Source: Rickettsiales bacterium (GTDB lineage Bacteria; Pseudomonadota; Alphaproteobacteria; Methylaequorales; Methylaequoraceae). From it: DNA of 64,000 nucleotides. Of this stretch, positions 8,511-20,313 are shown piece after piece (within the stretch, counting starts at the first letter, position 1; each line of letters begins with the position of its first letter). The DNA lies in NCBI GenBank assembly GCA_002689325.1, contig NZFP01000015.1, forward strand, positions 17,967-81,966, given 5' to 3'. The notes under the pieces were generated by a model. That model was not told the origin of the DNA and searched no databases. It saw only the letters and a program-made list of their open reading frames with translations. A program made the position numbers and the translations under genes.

Positions 8511-9200
8511 ATGAATTTTAAAAAAAAAGTTTTTTGTGCTCTTGACTTTAGCGAACTTGATCAAACAATACGATTTACTAAAAAAATAAAAAACCACATT
8601 GGTGGGATAAAAATTGGACTTGAGTTCTTTTGTAAGAACGGGCCAGCAGGAGTCGAAAGACTAAAGGAATTCGAGCTTCCAATTTTTTTAGACCTTAAAC
8701 TTCACGATATACCCAACACAGTGGCAAAAGCTTTTGAAAATTTAGTTAATTTATCTCCTGATTATCTTACTGTTCACTTAAATGGTGGAAGAAAAATGAT
8801 TAAAGACCTAATCAAATACAAAAAAAAAACTAAACTAATTGGAGTTTCAATGCTTACAAGTCTGGACCAAAATGATTTAAGAGAATCAGGTATTATGTGT
8901 GATGAAATTTCTTATGTAGAAAAACTTGTAAAAATTGGGGTTTCCTCTGGAATTGATGGTATTGTATCCTCACCACAAGAAGTAAAGTTTCTTCGAAAAA
9001 AATTTAAAAAATTAATACTTGTTACACCTGGTATTCGTCTTCCAGATGATAATAAAAATGATCAAAAAAGAATTGAAACGCCTGGAAGGGCCATTAAAAA
9101 TGGTTCATCTATGTTAATAATTGGTCGAACCATAACACAATCAACTAACCCAATTTTATCTATTGAGAAGATAATTCGAAATATAGAAAATGAAATTTAA
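8511..9200 (+). CDS. pyrF: Orotidine 5'-phosphate decarboxylase
   Basis: Motifs FLDLKLHDIPNTV and IIGRTI. Confidence 0.88.
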   Translation: MNFKKKVFCALDFSELDQTIRFTKKIKNHIGGIKIGLEFFCKNGPAGVERLKEFELPIFLDLKLHDIPNTVAKAFENLVNLSPDYLTVHLNGGRKMIKDLIKYKKKTKLIGVSMLTSLDQNDLRESGIMCDEISYVEKLVKIGVSSGIDGIVSSPQEVKFLRKKFKKLILVTPGIRLPDDNKNDQKRIETPGRAIKNGSSMLIIGRTITQSTNPILSIEKIIRNIENEI

Positions 9201-9828
9201 TGTAGAAATAAAAATATGTGGAATTAATTCATGTGAATCAGCAGAAGCAAGCATTGGGGCTGAATATATTGGATTTGTTTTTTATCAAAAATCTCCAAGG
9301 TTTTTAAATGCCTTCGAAGCCAAAGAAATAGCTTCATATCTTAATCCTAATCAAAAAAAAGTAGGTTTATTTGTAAATACTGATATTAATGTAATAAAGC
9401 ACATTTCAGATTTTGTAAATCTTGATATGATTCAACTCCATGGAGATGAAACCATGCAGGAAATTAAAATAATTAAGAAAATGATAAAAAAACCTATTAT
9501 TAAAGCCTTGCCTGTTAGTACATATAAGGATATTAAAGATTCTAAAAAAATTGAGGAAGTATGCGATATGATATTATTTGATTCAAAAACCAGTTTAGGG
9601 ATATCTGGAGGAACGGGTACTTCTTTTGACTGGAACCTATTAAAAGACCTTAAACTTAAAAAAAAATGGATGCTTGCAGGTGGATTAAACATTAATAATA
9701 TTGAAAATGCTCTATCAATTACTAATGCACCAGTGATTGATGTTTCAAGCGGGGTAGAGAAAAAAAAGGGAATTAAATGCGAAAAAAAAATAAAAAATTT
9801 AATAAACTACCTAAAAAATGAAAACTAA
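9190..9828 (+). CDS. trpF: Phosphoribosylanthranilate isomerase
   Basis: 212 aa with KICGI near the N-terminus and QLHGDE. It sits upstream of trpB-trpA. Confidence 0.85.
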   Translation: MKFNVEIKICGINSCESAEASIGAEYIGFVFYQKSPRFLNAFEAKEIASYLNPNQKKVGLFVNTDINVIKHISDFVNLDMIQLHGDETMQEIKIIKKMIKKPIIKALPVSTYKDIKDSKKIEEVCDMILFDSKTSLGISGGTGTSFDWNLLKDLKLKKKWMLAGGLNINNIENALSITNAPVIDVSSGVEKKKGIKCEKKIKNLINYLKNEN

Positions 9829-11038
9829 AAAAAAAAAAATTAATTTTCATCGGTTTCCTGACAAATTTGGAAGATTTGGAAAATTTGGAGGAAGATTTGT
9901 TGCAGAAACTTTAATGCCATTGTTACTAGAGGTTGAAAGTGAGTATGAAAAAGCAAAAAAATCAAAAATTTTCAAAAATCAACTGGATTATTACTTTAAA
10001 AATTACATCGGAAGACCAAGTCCACTTTATTTTGCGGAAAGACTGTCGAAAAAATTGAATAACTCAAAGATCTATTTTAAAAGAGATGAGTTAAACCACA
10101 CTGGTGCTCATAAGATCAATAATTGTATTGGTCAGATACTTCTTGCAAAAAGAATGGGGAAAAAAAGAATTGTAGCTGAAACTGGAGCAGGACAACATGG
10201 TTTAGCAACTGCAACAGTTTGTGCATTATTCGATTTAAAATGTATCGTATATATGGGAGCAACTGATATTGAGAGGCAAGCCCCAAATGTTTTTAAAATG
10301 AAACTTCTTGGTGCTGATATAAAACCAGTTACATCTGGTACTGCTACACTTAAGGATGCAATGAATGAGGCACTTAGAGACTGGGTTTCTAATGTATCTG
10401 ATACTTTCTATGTTATTGGAACAGTTGCAGGCCCTCATCCCTATCCTATGATGGTTAGAGACTTTCAGTCTATTATAGGAAATGAAACCAAACAACAAAT
10501 TATTAAAGCCGAAAAAAGATTACCAGATCTATTACTTGCTTGTATTGGAGGAGGATCAAATGCTTTAGGACTTTTTTATCCTTTTCTTAATGAAACAAAA
10601 GTAAAAATAATCGGAGTCGAGGCTGCAGGTAAAGGTATAAATACTAACAAACATGCAGCGTCACTTTCAAAGGGAAAGCCTGGATTTCTTCATGGTAATT
10701 ATACTTATCTTTTACAAGATAATGACGGGCAAATTTTAGATGCACACTCAATATCAGCAGGATTAGATTATCCAGGCATTGGTCCTGAACATTCATGGTT
10801 GAAGGAAATGGGGAGAGTTCAATACTTTAGTTCAAAAGATAATGAAGCACTTGATGCGTTTAAATTATGTTGCAAACTTGAAGGTATTATCCCAGCTCTT
10901 GAGCCCTCTCATGCATTAGCTTTCTTGCTAAAATATAAAAAAAACTTAACAAAAAATACAGTAGTAGTGATGAATATGTGCGGAAGAGGAGATAAAGATA
11001 TTTTTGCTATTTCTAAAAACCTTGGTGTCAATTTATAG
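9818..11038 (+). CDS. trpB: Tryptophan synthase beta chain
   Basis: [11 protein letters not shown] (PLP lysine), GGGSNA and GAGQHG. Confidence 0.95.
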   Translation: MKTKKKKINFHRFPDKFGRFGKFGGRFVAETLMPLLLEVESEYEKAKKSKIFKNQLDYYFKNYIGRPSPLYFAERLSKKLNNSKIYFKRDELNHTGAHKINNCIGQILLAKRMGKKRIVAETGAGQHGLATATVCALFDLKCIVYMGATDIERQAPNVFKMKLLGADIKPVTSGTATLKDAMNEALRDWVSNVSDTFYVIGTVAGPHPYPMMVRDFQSIIGNETKQQIIKAEKRLPDLLLACIGGGSNALGLFYPFLNETKVKIIGVEAAGKGINTNKHAASLSKGKPGFLHGNYTYLLQDNDGQILDAHSISAGLDYPGIGPEHSWLKEMGRVQYFSSKDNEALDAFKLCCKLEGIIPALEPSHALAFLLKYKKNLTKNTVVVMNMCGRGDKDIFAISKNLGVNL

Positions 11039-11044
11039 AAAAAA

Positions 11045-11860
11045 ATGGAAAATAGAATTGATAAAAAATTTTTTGACTTAAAAAAACAAAATAAAAAAGC
11101 TCTAGCATGTTTTGTAACATCCTGTGACCCTAACATAAAGTTATCTGAAAAAATTATTAAATCCTTACCTAATTATGGTGCAGATATAATAGAGATTGGT
11201 ATTCCATTTTCTGATCCAATGGCTGATGGCCCTACAATTCAAAGGTCAAGTCAAAGAGCAATTAAATCAAAATCAAGTATTTCAAAAACATTTAAAATTA
11301 TTAAAAGCTTCAGAAAAGAAAATAAAACAACACCTATAATTTTAATGGGATATTTTAATCCAATTTTTCAATTTGGTTTAAATAATTTTTTTTCTCAAGG
11401 CAGAATAGCTGGTGTTGATGGTATAATTATTGTTGATCTTCCCCCTGAAGAAGATTCTTTAATAGAAAAACAAACACAAAAAAATAATATCTATAACATT
11501 AGATTAATAGCACCGACTACCAACAAGGAAAGAATTAAAAAAATATCAAACTCATCACGCGGATTTCTCTACTATGTTTCAATCATGGGTATAACTGGGA
11601 CAAAAAAACCAAGTATAAACTCTGTAAAAAAATCAGTTAATGCAATCAAGAGAATAACATCATTACCTATACTGGTTGGCTTCGGAATTAATAGTCATGA
11701 GCAGATAAAAAAACTTAATGAATTTTCTGATGGTTGCGTTGTAGGTTCGGCTATTATAAAAATAATAGAAACTGCCTTACAAAAAAAAGTAGCTAATCAA
11801 AAAATTTTAAACAATATTTACAATTTTTTAAAAAAATTAAAAAAAGATGATAATTTATAA
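11045..11860 (+). CDS. trpA: Tryptophan synthase alpha chain
   Basis: IEIGIPFSDPMADGPTIQ signature. Confidence 0.93.
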   Translation: MENRIDKKFFDLKKQNKKALACFVTSCDPNIKLSEKIIKSLPNYGADIIEIGIPFSDPMADGPTIQRSSQRAIKSKSSISKTFKIIKSFRKENKTTPIILMGYFNPIFQFGLNNFFSQGRIAGVDGIIIVDLPPEEDSLIEKQTQKNNIYNIRLIAPTTNKERIKKISNSSRGFLYYVSIMGITGTKKPSINSVKKSVNAIKRITSLPILVGFGINSHEQIKKLNEFSDGCVVGSAIIKIIETALQKKVANQKILNNIYNFLKKLKKDDNL

Positions 11861-11862
11861 TT

Positions 11863-12702
11863 ATGAATTGGATAACAAACTTTGTAAGACCTAAACTTCA
11901 AGCCTTCGTGGGAAAAAAGGAAGTTCCGGATAACCTTTGGGAAACCTGTCCCAAATGTTCTCAAATGCTTCTCAAAAGAGAACTAGAAAGTAATCTTTTT
12001 GTATGTAAACATTGTGACTATCATTTTAGAATAAGTGCAAAAAAAAGATTTGAGCTTGTATTTGGAAGTAATTACATTCTAATTGAAACTCCAAAAATAA
12101 AACCAGATCCACTGAAGTTTAAAGATAATAAAAAATATGCAGATAGACTTAAAGATGCTCAAAAGAAAAATAGTACAAACGACTCTGTGATGGTAGCATC
12201 CGGAACATTAGGATCAATAAAATTAACAGCTGCTATATTTGATTTTAATTTTCTTGGTGGGTCAATGGGCATGGCTGCTGGAGAAGCTATCATAACTGCA
12301 TGCGAACATTCCTTAAAAAATAAAATACCTCTAGTTATTTTTAGCTCATCTGGTGGCGCAAGAATGCAAGAGGGAATTTTATCTTTAATGCAAATGCCAC
12401 GAACGGTCATAGCGGTAAACTCTCTTGCCAAAAGTAATCTTCCATTTATTTCGGTTTTGACAGACCCTACAACTGGTGGAGTCTCAGCATCATTCGCAAT
12501 GCTAGGAGATATAATAATTGCTGAAAAAGATGCAACCATAGGGTTCGCTGGAAGCAGGGTTATTGAGGAGACTATTAAAGAAAAGCTTCCTCAGAACTTT
12601 CAAAAGTCTGAGTACTTGATTGAAAAAGGTATGATTGACATGGTTGTTCACAGAAGAAATCTTAATCAAAAAGTTTTAAATATTTTAGAGTTCTTACTTT
12701 AA
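11863..12702 (+). CDS. accD: Acetyl-CoA carboxylase carboxyltransferase beta subunit
   Basis: N-terminal zinc ribbon CPKC...CKHC followed by the carboxyltransferase domain (GGSMG, SGGARMQEG). Confidence 0.92.
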   Translation: MNWITNFVRPKLQAFVGKKEVPDNLWETCPKCSQMLLKRELESNLFVCKHCDYHFRISAKKRFELVFGSNYILIETPKIKPDPLKFKDNKKYADRLKDAQKKNSTNDSVMVASGTLGSIKLTAAIFDFNFLGGSMGMAAGEAIITACEHSLKNKIPLVIFSSSGGARMQEGILSLMQMPRTVIAVNSLAKSNLPFISVLTDPTTGGVSASFAMLGDIIIAEKDATIGFAGSRVIEETIKEKLPQNFQKSEYLIEKGMIDMVVHRRNLNQKVLNILEFLL

Positions 12703-12715
12703 TCACAGTTTCAAA

Positions 12716-14017
12716 GTGAATAAATCAAATAATATACTTAAAAGGTTAGAACTTCTTCATCCAAAAAAAATTGACTTATCTTTAGATAGACTAAGAAAAC
12801 TTCTCGAAAAATTAGACAACCCTCATCTAAAATTACCGCCCGTGATCCATGTAGCTGGGACAAATGGTAAAGGTTCAGTTATCTCATATTTAAGATCGAT
12901 ATATGAGAAAAATGGATTAAAAGTTCATACTTACACATCACCCCATCTTATAAGATTTAATGAAAGAATAAGAATTAATTCAAAGTTAGTAGATAATAGA
13001 TACTTAAGTTCACTACTCGAAGAATGTGAAGACAAAAACAATGGACAGTCTATTACTTTTTTTGAAATTACTACTGCAGCGGCTTTTTTAGCATTCTCAC
13101 GTATTAGTTCTGACCTTTTGTTATTAGAAACCGGTTTAGGGGGTAAGTATGATGCAACTAACATAATAAAAAGTTCTGTATGTTCAATTTTAACACCTAT
13201 TTCAATGGATCATATGAATTTTTTAGGAACAGATTTGCTAAAAATTGCTAATGAAAAAATTGGAATTTTAAAAAAAAAATCTATGATCGTATTATCAAAA
13301 CAAAAAAAACCTGTTCGTCAATTTATTAGAAATGAAGTAAAAAAAAAAGGGGCTATTCTTTTTGAAGAAGGAATTAATTGGAAGATAACTAAAAAACTTA
13401 AAAATAGCTTTATATTGAACTTTTGTGGTAATAATTTTGAATTTGAAAAACCAAGTCTTCACGGAAATCATCAAATTGAAAATGCCTCGACTGCCTTGGC
13501 GAGTACACTAGCTATAAAAAAATTTAAACTAGAAATGGAAAAAATAAATAAAGGCATTAAAACCACGGTATGGCCTGGAAGAATGCAAAATTTAAATAAC
13601 GGAAAGCTAAAAAAAATTGTAGGAAAAAATTTTGATATTTGGCTAGATGGAGGACATAACGTCCATGCAAGTGAAATTTTATTTACAGAAATTGACAAAT
13701 GGGAAGATTCAAAAATAATACTTATTTTAGGGATGGTAACTGGAAAAGATCCAGTTAAATTTTTAAAAAAAATTATAAATAAAATTTCACTTCTTATTTT
13801 ACTTCCAATTGACGATCATCAATATATACACCCGTATTTAATCAAAGAAAGTCTTTACAAAAATCTTGGGGGTATAAAAGAAATTGAAACATGCGTAAAT
13901 ATAAATGAGGCCCTTGGACTAATTATAAATAGATTTAATAAAGGTAAGGTTTTAATCTGCGGATCACTATATCTTGCTGGGCAAATTTTAAAAAATGACG
14001 GGTTTAAGATTATTTAA
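12716..14017 (+). CDS. folC: Bifunctional folylpolyglutamate synthase / dihydrofolate synthase
   Basis: Mur-ligase P-loop VAGTNGKGSV. It follows accD as in other alphaproteobacteria. GTG start. Confidence 0.88.
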   Translation: MNKSNNILKRLELLHPKKIDLSLDRLRKLLEKLDNPHLKLPPVIHVAGTNGKGSVISYLRSIYEKNGLKVHTYTSPHLIRFNERIRINSKLVDNRYLSSLLEECEDKNNGQSITFFEITTAAAFLAFSRISSDLLLLETGLGGKYDATNIIKSSVCSILTPISMDHMNFLGTDLLKIANEKIGILKKKSMIVLSKQKKPVRQFIRNEVKKKGAILFEEGINWKITKKLKNSFILNFCGNNFEFEKPSLHGNHQIENASTALASTLAIKKFKLEMEKINKGIKTTVWPGRMQNLNNGKLKKIVGKNFDIWLDGGHNVHASEILFTEIDKWEDSKIILILGMVTGKDPVKFLKKIINKISLLILLPIDDHQYIHPYLIKESLYKNLGGIKEIETCVNINEALGLIINRFNKGKVLICGSLYLAGQILKNDGFKII

Positions 14018-14019
14018 AA

Positions 14020-14343
14020 TCAAATCTTTGAATCTAACCATTCAACCAAATCACTTTTCGGCAAGAGTCCCACTTTTGTGTCAATTAATTCTCCTTCTTT
14101 AAATAATAATAAAGTGGGAATACTTCTAATTGAATATTTCATAGCTAAATCTTGGTTTTCATCAAGATTTACCTTAACTACTTTTAACTGATCTTTAAGA
14201 TCGTTTGAAATTTCTTCAAGAATCGGTCCTAGCGATTTACAAGGACCACACCATTCAGCCCAAAAGTCAACAAGAACGGGAAGGTTACTACTTGAAATTT
14301 CATTATCAAAATTATCAAGACTTATATTTTTAATATCTGTCAT
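14020..14343 (-). CDS. trxA: Thioredoxin
   Basis: 107 aa with the WCGPC active site. Confidence 0.93.
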   Translation of the reverse strand: MTDIKNISLDNFDNEISSSNLPVLVDFWAEWCGPCKSLGPILEEISNDLKDQLKVVKVNLDENQDLAMKYSIRSIPTLLLFKEGELIDTKVGLLPKSDLVEWLDSKI

Positions 14344-14361
14344 TATTTTACTCCATCGAAT

Positions 14362-15831
14362 TCATCCAAATAATTTTTTTGATAAGTTTGAATCAAATTT
14401 AATTGGCTTTGGGTTAAGTTGTTTATAATAATCATTTAAAAAATCTATGTAAATATTATATTGATTTAATTGAGTGAGAAGTGTTTCATCATCACTTTTT
14501 TCCTCAATTTCCAAGCTTATTGTATCCGCTTCTTCCATTGCACCAGGGAGTGTCAAAAATTTTTTTTTTTCCAATGAAAAAATTCTTTCAGAAACTTTTT
14601 TATGCAAATGTAAAAAAACTTTTTTTGGGAGTGTTTCTGGAAAATTTCTGAAGATGTGTTTAGCAGCAAAAAATCTAAGTCTTGGGTCTTTGAACTTTTC
14701 AGCAAAATTCCATTTTGAGTCCCAAGGTTGATTGTGAAAATTTTTCATTAATAGCGAATCATTATAATTTAAATTTTGCGAATATATTGTACTTTCCTCT
14801 AATTGAACTTCTTGGCTTTGGTTATCTAAATACTCTAGAGATTCTTTTTGAAGAATATTTTCTAGATTTCTCAAAAAATTTTTATCATCAAGTAATCTGC
14901 ATTTGTGGTCAATTTCATCATCAGATAAATTAGAATAGGGTTTGAATTTTAGTGCGTAAGATTTATCTAAAATGCTGGGTTGTTTATTCAATTTTATTTT
15001 TCTAAAGAAGCTCTTTTTTTTATATTCTTCTCTTAATTCCAACTCAGTTAATTTAACTATTTCCTCAACATCATATTTCATGTCAAATCCAATAAATTGA
15101 TTCTTATAAGACGGATGTTTAATTAATTTTTTTACAAGGTATATTTTGTGATTGTTAAATAAATAATTATGTAATGTAAACAAATCATTATGGAAAATAT
15201 TTTCTTCAACATTTCTCGACGATGAATTGTTAAAAAAAATTTTAAATAAATCACTTCTTTTATTTTTAAGTAAAAACATCAATTGCATGGTAACCTCAAC
15301 ATCTGCAATTGCTTCATGTGAATTTGAAGTATCAAAGTTATTAGCCTTTGCTAATCTCTCCAGCTTAAATGACAGCTTTCCTTCATCGTTTCTTGGAACA
15401 TTTACACAATCTTTATCAAAAGCATGAACCATAGTAACAAAATTTAGTACATCTCCTCTGGTATTTCCTTTGGTATTTGATTTGTAGGGGAAAAAAAAAT
15501 GTTCCCATAATAATTGTCTAAGAAACTCTTCATCAAAGTTAATTGAATTGAAACCAATAAAAAAGCAATTTTCATATTTTGATAAAAATTTATCAATTGA
15601 CAGAGCCATTTGATAAGTAGTTAAATCTTCTGATAAGACTTGAGACATAGTCAGTCTATTGACTCTCAAAGCATGAATGGAAGGAACTATATCAGGGTTC
15701 AGTCTTGATTTAATATTTAATCTATCGATTTCTTCAAAGTTACTATCATAAACTATAAATCCCGCCTGTAATATCTGATCAAACCTCGCTGACCTGCCTG
15801 TTGTTTCAAAATCAAATACTATAAAATTCAT
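14362..15831 (-). CDS. sbcB: Exodeoxyribonuclease I
   Basis: 489 aa with an N-terminal DEDDh exonuclease domain (FDFETTG ... HEAIADV) and a long ExoI-type C-terminal region. Confidence 0.75.
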   Translation of the reverse strand: MNFIVFDFETTGRSARFDQILQAGFIVYDSNFEEIDRLNIKSRLNPDIVPSIHALRVNRLTMSQVLSEDLTTYQMALSIDKFLSKYENCFFIGFNSINFDEEFLRQLLWEHFFFPYKSNTKGNTRGDVLNFVTMVHAFDKDCVNVPRNDEGKLSFKLERLAKANNFDTSNSHEAIADVEVTMQLMFLLKNKRSDLFKIFFNNSSSRNVEENIFHNDLFTLHNYLFNNHKIYLVKKLIKHPSYKNQFIGFDMKYDVEEIVKLTELELREEYKKKSFFRKIKLNKQPSILDKSYALKFKPYSNLSDDEIDHKCRLLDDKNFLRNLENILQKESLEYLDNQSQEVQLEESTIYSQNLNYNDSLLMKNFHNQPWDSKWNFAEKFKDPRLRFFAAKHIFRNFPETLPKKVFLHLHKKVSERIFSLEKKKFLTLPGAMEEADTISLEIEEKSDDETLLTQLNQYNIYIDFLNDYYKQLNPKPIKFDSNLSKKLFG

Positions 15832-16544
15832 TTCTGTAATTTATTATTTAAATTTTCCAAATCATTGGGGTCACTAATATGATACCACTCGTTTTTATTA
15901 ATCATTCCGTATATTTTATTATTAATATTTGAAAAAAATATTTCTCGCATAGAAAATTTTTTTTTTCTTTTTTTTTCAAGTAATTTGGGTTTGACCAACT
16001 GAAGCCCTGAAAAAACGTAATCATTGACCTGTTCAAGATTTAGTCTTGAAATTTTTTTGTCAGGTTCCTCTAAATTAAAATCCCCTTTACCTTTATAACC
16101 AAAAAATTTTTTTTTTTTTATCAAACATAATAATAAATCCATTTTTTCTTCCTTCCAATTACTCAAAACATTTTCAATTGGAGAGTATTTTCTTTTTTTC
16201 CAAAAAACATCTCCATTAATTAAAACTTTAGGGTTTTTTAAATTATAAAAATAATTATTCTTTAGTGCATTTAAAAATCCACCACCTGTATCTAAAATTT
16301 CCTTTTCAAAGATAATCTTTACAGTACTTGCGTAAGGTTTCAATTCATCATGAAACTCATCCGATAAATGATGAGTGTTAATTACAATATTTTTGAAATT
16401 CAAATTAATTAAATCTTCAATTATATAAAAAATCATTGGTTTTCCATTAACTTTTAATAAAGGCTTGGGTACTTCTTTAGTAAGTGGACGCATTCTCTTA
16501 CCAAACCCAGCAGCAAAAATCATTGCTTCATTAATGTCTGACAT
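15828..16544 (-). CDS. murU: Sugar-1-phosphate nucleotidyltransferase (MurU-like)
   Basis: AAGFGKRMRPLT nucleotidyltransferase motif. It is overlapped by the upstream kinase gene in the conserved tsaE-amgK-murU arrangement. Confidence 0.7.
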   Translation of the reverse strand: MSDINEAMIFAAGFGKRMRPLTKEVPKPLLKVNGKPMIFYIIEDLINLNFKNIVINTHHLSDEFHDELKPYASTVKIIFEKEILDTGGGFLNALKNNYFYNLKNPKVLINGDVFWKKRKYSPIENVLSNWKEEKMDLLLCLIKKKKFFGYKGKGDFNLEEPDKKISRLNLEQVNDYVFSGLQLVKPKLLEKKRKKKFSMREIFFSNINNKIYGMINKNEWYHISDPNDLENLNNKLQK

Positions 16545-17487
16545 AATTCAACAAAGGTGATAGAAGTGAGTTAAACTCCTCAAATTTTTCTTTTTTTAAG
16601 TTTTCATATAACATTCTTTTTACTCTTGGAAGGTGTTGTAAGTATTGATCTTTATTATCTCTCAGAGATAGTCTATTGAATATTCCTAAAACTTTCATGT
16701 GACGTTGAATAGCCAATAAATTATAAGAAATCATAAATTTTTTTCTCTTAATTTTTAAATTTCCTTTCAAAAAATAATTAATTAGTTCATGTTCTAGTTG
16801 CTTTGGAACATCTATTCTTGCATCTTGTGTTAGAGAAACTAAATCGTATGCACATGGACCAATAACTGCATCTTGATAATCAATTAATCCACACTTAATA
16901 CTTTTAGGTTTTGACAGATAAAATAAATTATCTATATGAAAGTCTCTATGAACAAGAACCTGAGGAATATCTTCTGCATAAGCAAAATAAGATTTAAATA
17001 AAAAATTAAATTTTTTTTTTAATACATTTGCTTCATTCCTATTTAAATAATTTAAGTACCAATCAAAAAAAAGATTACTTTCCTTAACAAACATTTTTAA
17101 CGAATATTTTGATAATTTTGGATTCTTAATTTTCTGAATATCAAAGATTGTATCAACTGCTAACTTATAAATTTTTTTTCTATTTTTTTTTGTTATTATT
17201 TCTGCATATTTAGTTGGCCCAAAGTTTTCTAAAACTAAGATGCTTTGTTTGCTAAAATCATAAATTATTGATGGAACAACCACAAACTTTTTAAGTATCT
17301 TAGTAACTTTTATAAAATCATTTATGCTTTTTTCATCATTGTCATACATTATCACATAATTTTTTTTTGATGAGAAAAACTGGAAATATTTTCTATTAGA
17401 GGCGTCACCAGCCAATAAAGATAATTTTTTAGTTTCAATTTTTTTTGCTTCTAAAATTTTTTTTATTTTTGATCTAATTTCTTCCAT
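16531..17487 (-). CDS. amgK: Aminoglycoside-phosphotransferase-fold kinase (AmgK-like anomeric sugar kinase)
   Basis: APH catalytic loop VHRDFHIDNLF and IDYQDA. Confidence 0.7.
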   Translation of the reverse strand: MEEIRSKIKKILEAKKIETKKLSLLAGDASNRKYFQFFSSKKNYVIMYDNDEKSINDFIKVTKILKKFVVVPSIIYDFSKQSILVLENFGPTKYAEIITKKNRKKIYKLAVDTIFDIQKIKNPKLSKYSLKMFVKESNLFFDWYLNYLNRNEANVLKKKFNFLFKSYFAYAEDIPQVLVHRDFHIDNLFYLSKPKSIKCGLIDYQDAVIGPCAYDLVSLTQDARIDVPKQLEHELINYFLKGNLKIKRKKFMISYNLLAIQRHMKVLGIFNRLSLRDNKDQYLQHLPRVKRMLYENLKKEKFEEFNSLLSPLLNYVRH

Positions 17488-17939
17488 AGTTTTTCTCTAA
17501 TGGTTTGTGAAGTTCCAAGTAATTTAATTTTTACATCTCTTATGTTATTTTTTTCATCTTGAAAACTTATTTCTATTCTATTTTTGGGGAAATAGTCTAA
17601 AAAAATATCAGGCCACTCGACAATAACACAATTACCAATGGCCGTATCAAAATCTAAATTAAAGAATTCATTTTTTTTTTCTATTCTGTATAGATCATAA
17701 TGCCATATATTAATATTTTTTAGGTCATAAATCTGAACTATAGGAAATGTTGGGCTTAATACCTTAATTTTTTTTTTTGAAAATTGATTTATAAGAAATC
17801 TAGCAAATGTTGTTTTACCAGAACCAATATCTCCACAAAGACAGATAAAAAAAGGAATCGAAAGAAGCTTAGAAAATTTTTGGGCTAAAATTTTTGTTTC
17901 ATTTAAATTTTTAATTCTAATATATACTTCAGAGGTCAT
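17463..17939 (-). CDS. tsaE: tRNA t6A37 biosynthesis ATPase TsaE
   Basis: 158 aa with P-loop GDIGSGKTT, SPTF and HYDLYR motifs. Confidence 0.85.
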   Translation of the reverse strand: MTSEVYIRIKNLNETKILAQKFSKLLSIPFFICLCGDIGSGKTTFARFLINQFSKKKIKVLSPTFPIVQIYDLKNINIWHYDLYRIEKKNEFFNLDFDTAIGNCVIVEWPDIFLDYFPKNRIEISFQDEKNNIRDVKIKLLGTSQTIREKLWKKLDQK

Positions 17940-17998
17940 CTTTTTGGAAATAAATTATTATCTTAACTTATACTACTGTATTCAATATATTGAATTAA

Positions 17999-19006
17999 AT
18001 GAAAAAAATTAATACTGATGTTTTAATAGTTGGTGCTGGTCCTGTTGGATTATTTTCAGTCTTTGAGTTAGGTCAACTTGGAATTAAATCCTGCATTGTA
18101 GACTGTCTTAATGAAATTGGAGGACAATGCTCGGCACTTTATCCAGAAAAACCAATTTATGATATCCCTGCTTATCCAGTTATTAATGCTCAAGAATTAA
18201 TTTTAAATTTAAATAAGCAAATTAAACCATTTAACCCTGAGGTTCTTCTTAGTCAACAAGTTGAGAAAATTATTGACCTTGATAACTCATTCAAGGTTTT
18301 CACTTCAAATAACATTGAAATATCTACAAAATGTATATTTATTGCTGCAGGTAATGGTGCATTTGGGCCAAATAAACCACCGATAGAAAATATTGAGAAA
18401 TTTGAAGATAAATCTGTTTTTTATAGTGTAAAAAATAAGTCAATTTTTGATAATAAAACAGTAGCTATTGCAGGTGGTGGTGACTCAGCCGTTGACTGGG
18501 CAATTGAATTATCAAAAAATGCAAAAAAAATTTTTTTCATCCACAGAAGGGAAAAACTAAGAGCCTCCCCAAAAAATGTCGAGATACTCAAAAGTTTAGA
18601 AAAAAAAAATGTTGAGTTTATAATCCCTTTCCAATTGGATTCAATTAATGGAAAAAATGGTATAATCAATGAACTCGTTGTTAAAGACTTAAACAATAAT
18701 AAAAAAAAAATTAATACTGACTTTTTTCTTCCTTTTTTTGGACTCTCAAATGATTTAGGCCCAATTAAAAACTGGGAACTGGAGATAGAAAAAAATATCT
18801 TAAAAGTAGATCAATCTACCTGCAAAACTTCTAAAGATAGAATCTACGCAATTGGTGACGTTTGCACTTATGCTGGAAAACTTAAACTTATTCTCACTGG
18901 TTTCTCTGAAGCTGCCACAGCAGCGCATAATTGTTATAAAACGGTGTATCCTGAAAAAGTTTTACATTTCGAGTATTCAACAACAAAAGGAATTAATAAA
19001 ATCTAG
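17999..19006 (+). CDS. Ferredoxin-NADP+ reductase, thioredoxin-reductase-like type
   Basis: VGAGPVGL and GGGDSAVDWA dinucleotide motifs and GGQ...LYPEKPIYD. There is no CxxC redox pair as in true TrxB. Confidence 0.8.
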   Translation: MKKINTDVLIVGAGPVGLFSVFELGQLGIKSCIVDCLNEIGGQCSALYPEKPIYDIPAYPVINAQELILNLNKQIKPFNPEVLLSQQVEKIIDLDNSFKVFTSNNIEISTKCIFIAAGNGAFGPNKPPIENIEKFEDKSVFYSVKNKSIFDNKTVAIAGGGDSAVDWAIELSKNAKKIFFIHRREKLRASPKNVEILKSLEKKNVEFIIPFQLDSINGKNGIINELVVKDLNNNKKKINTDFFLPFFGLSNDLGPIKNWELEIEKNILKVDQSTCKTSKDRIYAIGDVCTYAGKLKLILTGFSEAATAAHNCYKTVYPEKVLHFEYSTTKGINKI

Positions 19007-19010
19007 AAAC

Positions 19011-20309
<1,299 letters not shown>

Positions 20310-20313
20310 TCAT

